Positions 59,993 through 64,000 of a DNA stretch of 64,000 nt are shown here, piece after piece. Numbering within the stretch: the first letter of the stretch is position 1; each line of letters begins with the position of its first letter. Under the pieces are notes generated by a model, which had not been told where the DNA came from, made no database searches, and saw only the letters and a list, made by a program, of their open reading frames with translations. The stretch is from Klebsormidium nitens (taxonomy: Eukaryota > Plantae > Klebsormidiophyceae): assembly GCA_000708835.1 (NCBI GenBank), contig DF237286.1, positions 36,831 to 100,830 of the forward strand, given 5' to 3'. The translations under genes and the position numbers were made by a program.

Positions 59993-62343
59993 TTACTGCT
60001 CAACTCCGTTCAAGTCACCAACAACCCAGACAGCGTTTTCGGGGGTGTCAGAGTCAACGTTCACGGGACCGTCGCCGTTGGGCTTCAGGAAGTTTCCGGT
60101 GGTGTTGGACCTCAGGATGATCTGGGAACAAAAAGGATCATGTCAGGCTTTTGGTCTGCTTAACAATTGCAACTTACACCATCAATTTTCTGAATGTGCT
60201 GGGATGCTGTCTCCCCGTTGGACCACAATCACTGACAGCGCTTTCCGCTCGCTGCACATGAAGTGCGTGATACAGGGAGCGGAAAAAAATCTCTTCATGT
60301 AGCAATGAGCAAATCTGGGACCACAACCGATATTCATTCTCACAAGCAAGTAGGAGGTTCCTCAGAAGAAGGCTTCCAAGTAGCCAATCATATACCATCT
60401 AATTGCGGAGCAATCTGGTGGCCTTACCTTGCTTCCAATGGTGACGGGGCCAGAGGCAGCCGGGTCATCAGGGTGAACGATCTGCACATTGCCAATGATC
60501 ACATTCAGAATGGAGGTTCTTCAACCTGGAATGTTGACTCCCTGTCTCATGCTCATCAGCACTACCTTGCCAGGTTTCCTTTAGCAACTCAAGACATCCT
60601 CGGCACTTTCTCCATTCTTCCACTTCATTGCTCTCTGTTAGCAGCTTCTCCATTCTTCCACTTTATTGCCTTCTGTTGAAAGCTTTGCTAGCAGGTGTCA
60701 GAACTTTGCAATTACGGGTGACAGCTTCAATTACTTCATTGCTTCTGTGTGCGGCTATACTGATCGAGAGTGGTATCTATGCTGAGAAGTCCCTGGATGG
60801 AAATAGGCTCCATTTTTCAATGCAATCAGAAAACCTGATTCAGCAGAAGTCCATGAACAACGAAAAACAATCCAACGGTCTGTAGATTTGTCGATCTGTA
60901 GGTCTGATAACTTCCAACACCAGACAATGTTTAAAGTTGGCAGCAATTCAGAAAGCTAACTGCTTTGTGCCTGCAAGTAGTTCCATGCAACCTGCTCTTT
61001 CCACATTGCTCGATGTAGCAAGGTGAAAACCTTTGTATCGCGGAATCTGTCTGGCAACCCTACCTGCCACGACTGCTGGTCGCCGACATCGGTCGCCGTC
61101 CATGAACCGTCCAGGCTCAGCCAGGCATTGTTGCTCAGGAGACCGACATACTGGCCGTAGTTAATGGGGGTGCCGAACTCAGGGCCAAAGGCGTGCTTCT
61201 CAGCATCCTGTGACCAGCGAGATGCATCTGGTTAGGACGCTGCTAGCCCTTGTTTCCCTTGTGGTTCCCATGTGTATTGCTGAACTCAAGTAGGTCACTT
61301 TTGTAGGGTGTGTCGCACATTCAGGCTTAGTAAGAAGGCAGTATGAGAAAACTCGTACTTCATGACACACAAAAGCAGGCAGTTTCAGACTGAACTCTGA
61401 AGAGGCTGAACTAAATTCTATGGGAAAGTTGCTGCTTGTGCGGTGACTAAATCTGAAACCTGCAAGTACCGAAACTCCAATGATTTTCCAATACAAGCAG
61501 AATTTTGTGCCTGATTACAGTGCAATCCCAAAAGCATAGGTTGGACAACACGCTACGCAAAGGGTCCGTCCAACGGGAGAACACTGTGTCGACTTTGCGC
61601 GTATCAACAATGCCCTGATGGAAATATCAGTGACTGTACATGAGAAGGGTAGGTCTTAGCCCCTCTGATCAAACTCAGTTCAACTCATCAGTTCTCCAAC
61701 TTGAGAAGAATTGTCCCACAGTCCAGAAACTACCAGTGACCAGACACCATCATTGAAAAACTTGCAAGACGCATCTCCCTGGACAATGCTTGGGGAGAAG
61801 CAAAACCTTCAGTTCTTCACCCAGGGACTCCAGTTATCATCGTTACAAGAGCAGCAGTATATTAACGGATCACCTCAATCCGTACGAATGACAATTGTGT
61901 GCAGAAGACGGAAGTCAGATAAACTTTCAAATAGGCCCTTGGAAATCCTTGAGCTGACTGTACACAATGCAATTCTGCAGCCTTTGAACCATTCCGAGCA
62001 AAGCCACCGCGTGTCGAATCTGATTGTGCGCACTCTGAGCTCATTGCAATCAAAGAAACAACCTTTTAGTCATGAGTGATGCTTCAGTTGCAAGCAATGC
62101 AATGCAATGCAATGCTAGGCAATTCACAAAGCGACATCAATGCAAGCTGAGAAGTCAATAAAACCCTTCTCAGCGAATAGTAGGGGGACACAGGAAGTTC
62201 TTCGGAAAAGAGGGGAGGACAAAGCTCACCGAAGGCGGTGGAGGCCAGATTGTGCTGGCAGCGCCGTTGGCTGCGCTCAGGAAGCCGCCAGGGCCATCGG
62301 ACCTGAGGGTGATGATGGTCTGCTGGCCGGTCAACGCCGCCAT
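59993..62343 (-). CDS. Small (146-aa) beta-trefoil-like protein (fascin/MIR/ricin-B-like repeat pattern), 4 exons
   Basis: Minus-strand exons 62343-62230, 61207-61064, 60481-60428 and 60121-59993, all phase 0 with GT-AG boundaries. Translation: MAALTGQQTIITLRSDGPGGFLSAANGAASTIWPPPPS|DAEKHAFGPEFGTPINYGQYVGLLSNNAWLSLDGSWTATDVGDQQSWQ|IVHPDDPAASGPVTIGSK|IILRSNTTGNFLKPNGDGPVNVDSDTPENAVWVVGDLNGVEQ*. Three internal repeats (ITLRS..GGFL, VGLLS..AWL, IILRS..GNFL). The fold assignment comes from the sequence pattern only. Confidence 0.75.
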
Positions 62344-64000
62344 CTTCAGGTTTGATTAAGAGGTGGTAGATACTGGTTTGAGAAGAGCTTCTGCTGAAGA
62401 GCTGGAAATAACGACGGAGCAATTGAAGCTGGCAATTTGAAGGGTGTGGAAATCGGAGGGGACAACGCAGTGCCTGCACAGGCTGCAGTGCAGTGCAACT
62501 TGCCTGCACCGTGCAGCCGGAGAAAAGTTTAGGTACCTGCCGATATGTGTGCATGCATCCTGATTAAGAGTGCAGAGTGCAGACCTTCAGCAGGGTGCGT
62601 GGGTACCGACATCCAAGATTCTTAGATTCGGTAGGTACCGTGACGCCGTACGGTGCCAGCGTTCGCAGATCAGCCTGGCAGGATGGATCCCATGGGGCCA
62701 TGGGCCATTTGGCATGAATCCAGTTCGTTCGATGCCCCCTACCGTACGCTTCCTGGTCCGTACCGTATCCATGGCATATGGCCCGATCCGATCTGTACGC
62801 GTTCGGTTCAGGACATGGTAGGTACGTGCTACGCAGGGCCTACTGCGGGACCATGCGGGTTGCAAACGGTGAGATCAGGATTCCCCCCCGGTCCCTAGAG
62901 TAGAATTTGCGTCAGTGAGGATTTGGTTACGGACTACCGGCAGCGGCGCCTCAACCAGGCAGAACGAGTCCCCGGGGTGTGCGAAGAGTCACCGGTGGCT
63001 TTTGTAGGCCACGTTTGGGAGTCGGGACTCGGTACCCACTTTGCGGATTCCAGAACCGCCTGGAACCGCCTGCGCCGCAGCTGCAGGCCCAGATTCAGAG
63101 CCTTGGAAGTTGGAACTGTGCCAGTACCTACACTCAGTGTAACACTGTACGGTGTAGGTACCTACCTATCGCAGTACGGTATCATGGTCACTAGGTAGGG
63201 ACTAGGTAGGGTACCTACCTACCGTATTCGAGCACTGTTTTCAGTCAAGCCTTGGTACCGTATGTTGGTACCGTGCTGCAAAAGTACAGATCGGCGGCCC
63301 GTGCAGAGTTGCGATGCATATGAGCTACACATACGGCGATGACCACCCTGCTCCAAAGCCATTATTACACGATCGTACGGAATCGGTACCGGAATGCTAA
63401 TATCGCTTTGTGGATTGTTCTACCGGGGCCCGTATGAATTGTTTTTTGGCCGTCGATATCAAACATTGAAGGCTTGGATTGCAGATCATATCTTTCCCGG
63501 CCTTGAGGAGAATCGCCTCGGGATCGTATTAATTTGTTTGTTGAATGTCAGCGACTTGAACCCCGATAATCCAGCCCAATCAACACAAATGTCCGGGCAA
63601 ATATGACACCCACGGTGACCCTACCTATTAGGTATACCGTACAAGGTACGTACCTAGTACCTATTGACTCTCGAGTACGCCCATTGCTACCGGTCCGAGA
63701 ATTGCTGCCAGTGCTGTTGGCCTGCAACGGAATCCAGAATCCCCGTTCGGCCAATGAGTCTGCTCAAAATCAATGTGTCCGACGTGGCAAGGAAAGGAAG
63801 CCAATGGAAGACGTTCTTTTCATCCACATGGCAAGCTCTATACCAGGGGGGCTAATATGCCTCCACTTACCGTATACGGTATACCGTACGTCTCGAGGCA
63901 CCGTGGCGGTTCATGCAAGCGTGGTTGGGTACCGGCAGCGCTCATTACGAAGCGCGCACGCGCGCAGCTTCAATCGGGTTCCGACGGTTTTACCCCTTCC

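Overview
Intron-rich eukaryotic genomic DNA. The GT-AG introns, plant-type tRNA-His and Lsi2 orthologue suggest a streptophyte green alga, possibly Klebsormidium-like (inference only). I reconstructed six spliced genes by hand, and the exon phases close in all six. (1) A ~2,100-aa, mostly disordered IQ-motif protein (2.6-11.7 kb, +). (2,3) Two tandem 16-exon dicarboxylate/amino-acid:cation symporters (DAACS/SDF, SLC1-like; 16.2-24.4 and 27.3-35.3 kb, +) with unusual NRDG and TM8 D-to-G substitutions and a shared GC-AG intron. (4) A secreted pepsin-like aspartic protease with Pro/Thr linkers and two 6-Cys C-terminal modules (38.5-44.6 kb, +). (5) An Lsi2-type silicon-efflux/ArsB-family transporter (52.3-58.7 kb, +). 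(6) A small 4-exon beta-trefoil-like protein whose reading frame is not in the ORF track (60.0-62.3 kb, -). Also present: tRNA-His(GTG) directly preceded by a decayed tRNA-shaped element, two hAT-type MITEs, and a 241-N assembly gap. The most striking structure is that several introns consist largely of tandem, degenerate copies of their own flanking exon-intron junction ('decoy splice-junction arrays', roughly 100-150 bp period): four arrays in the Lsi2 gene and single copies in the IQ gene. I could not assign 0-2.5, 11.7-15 or 44.6-52.2 kb.
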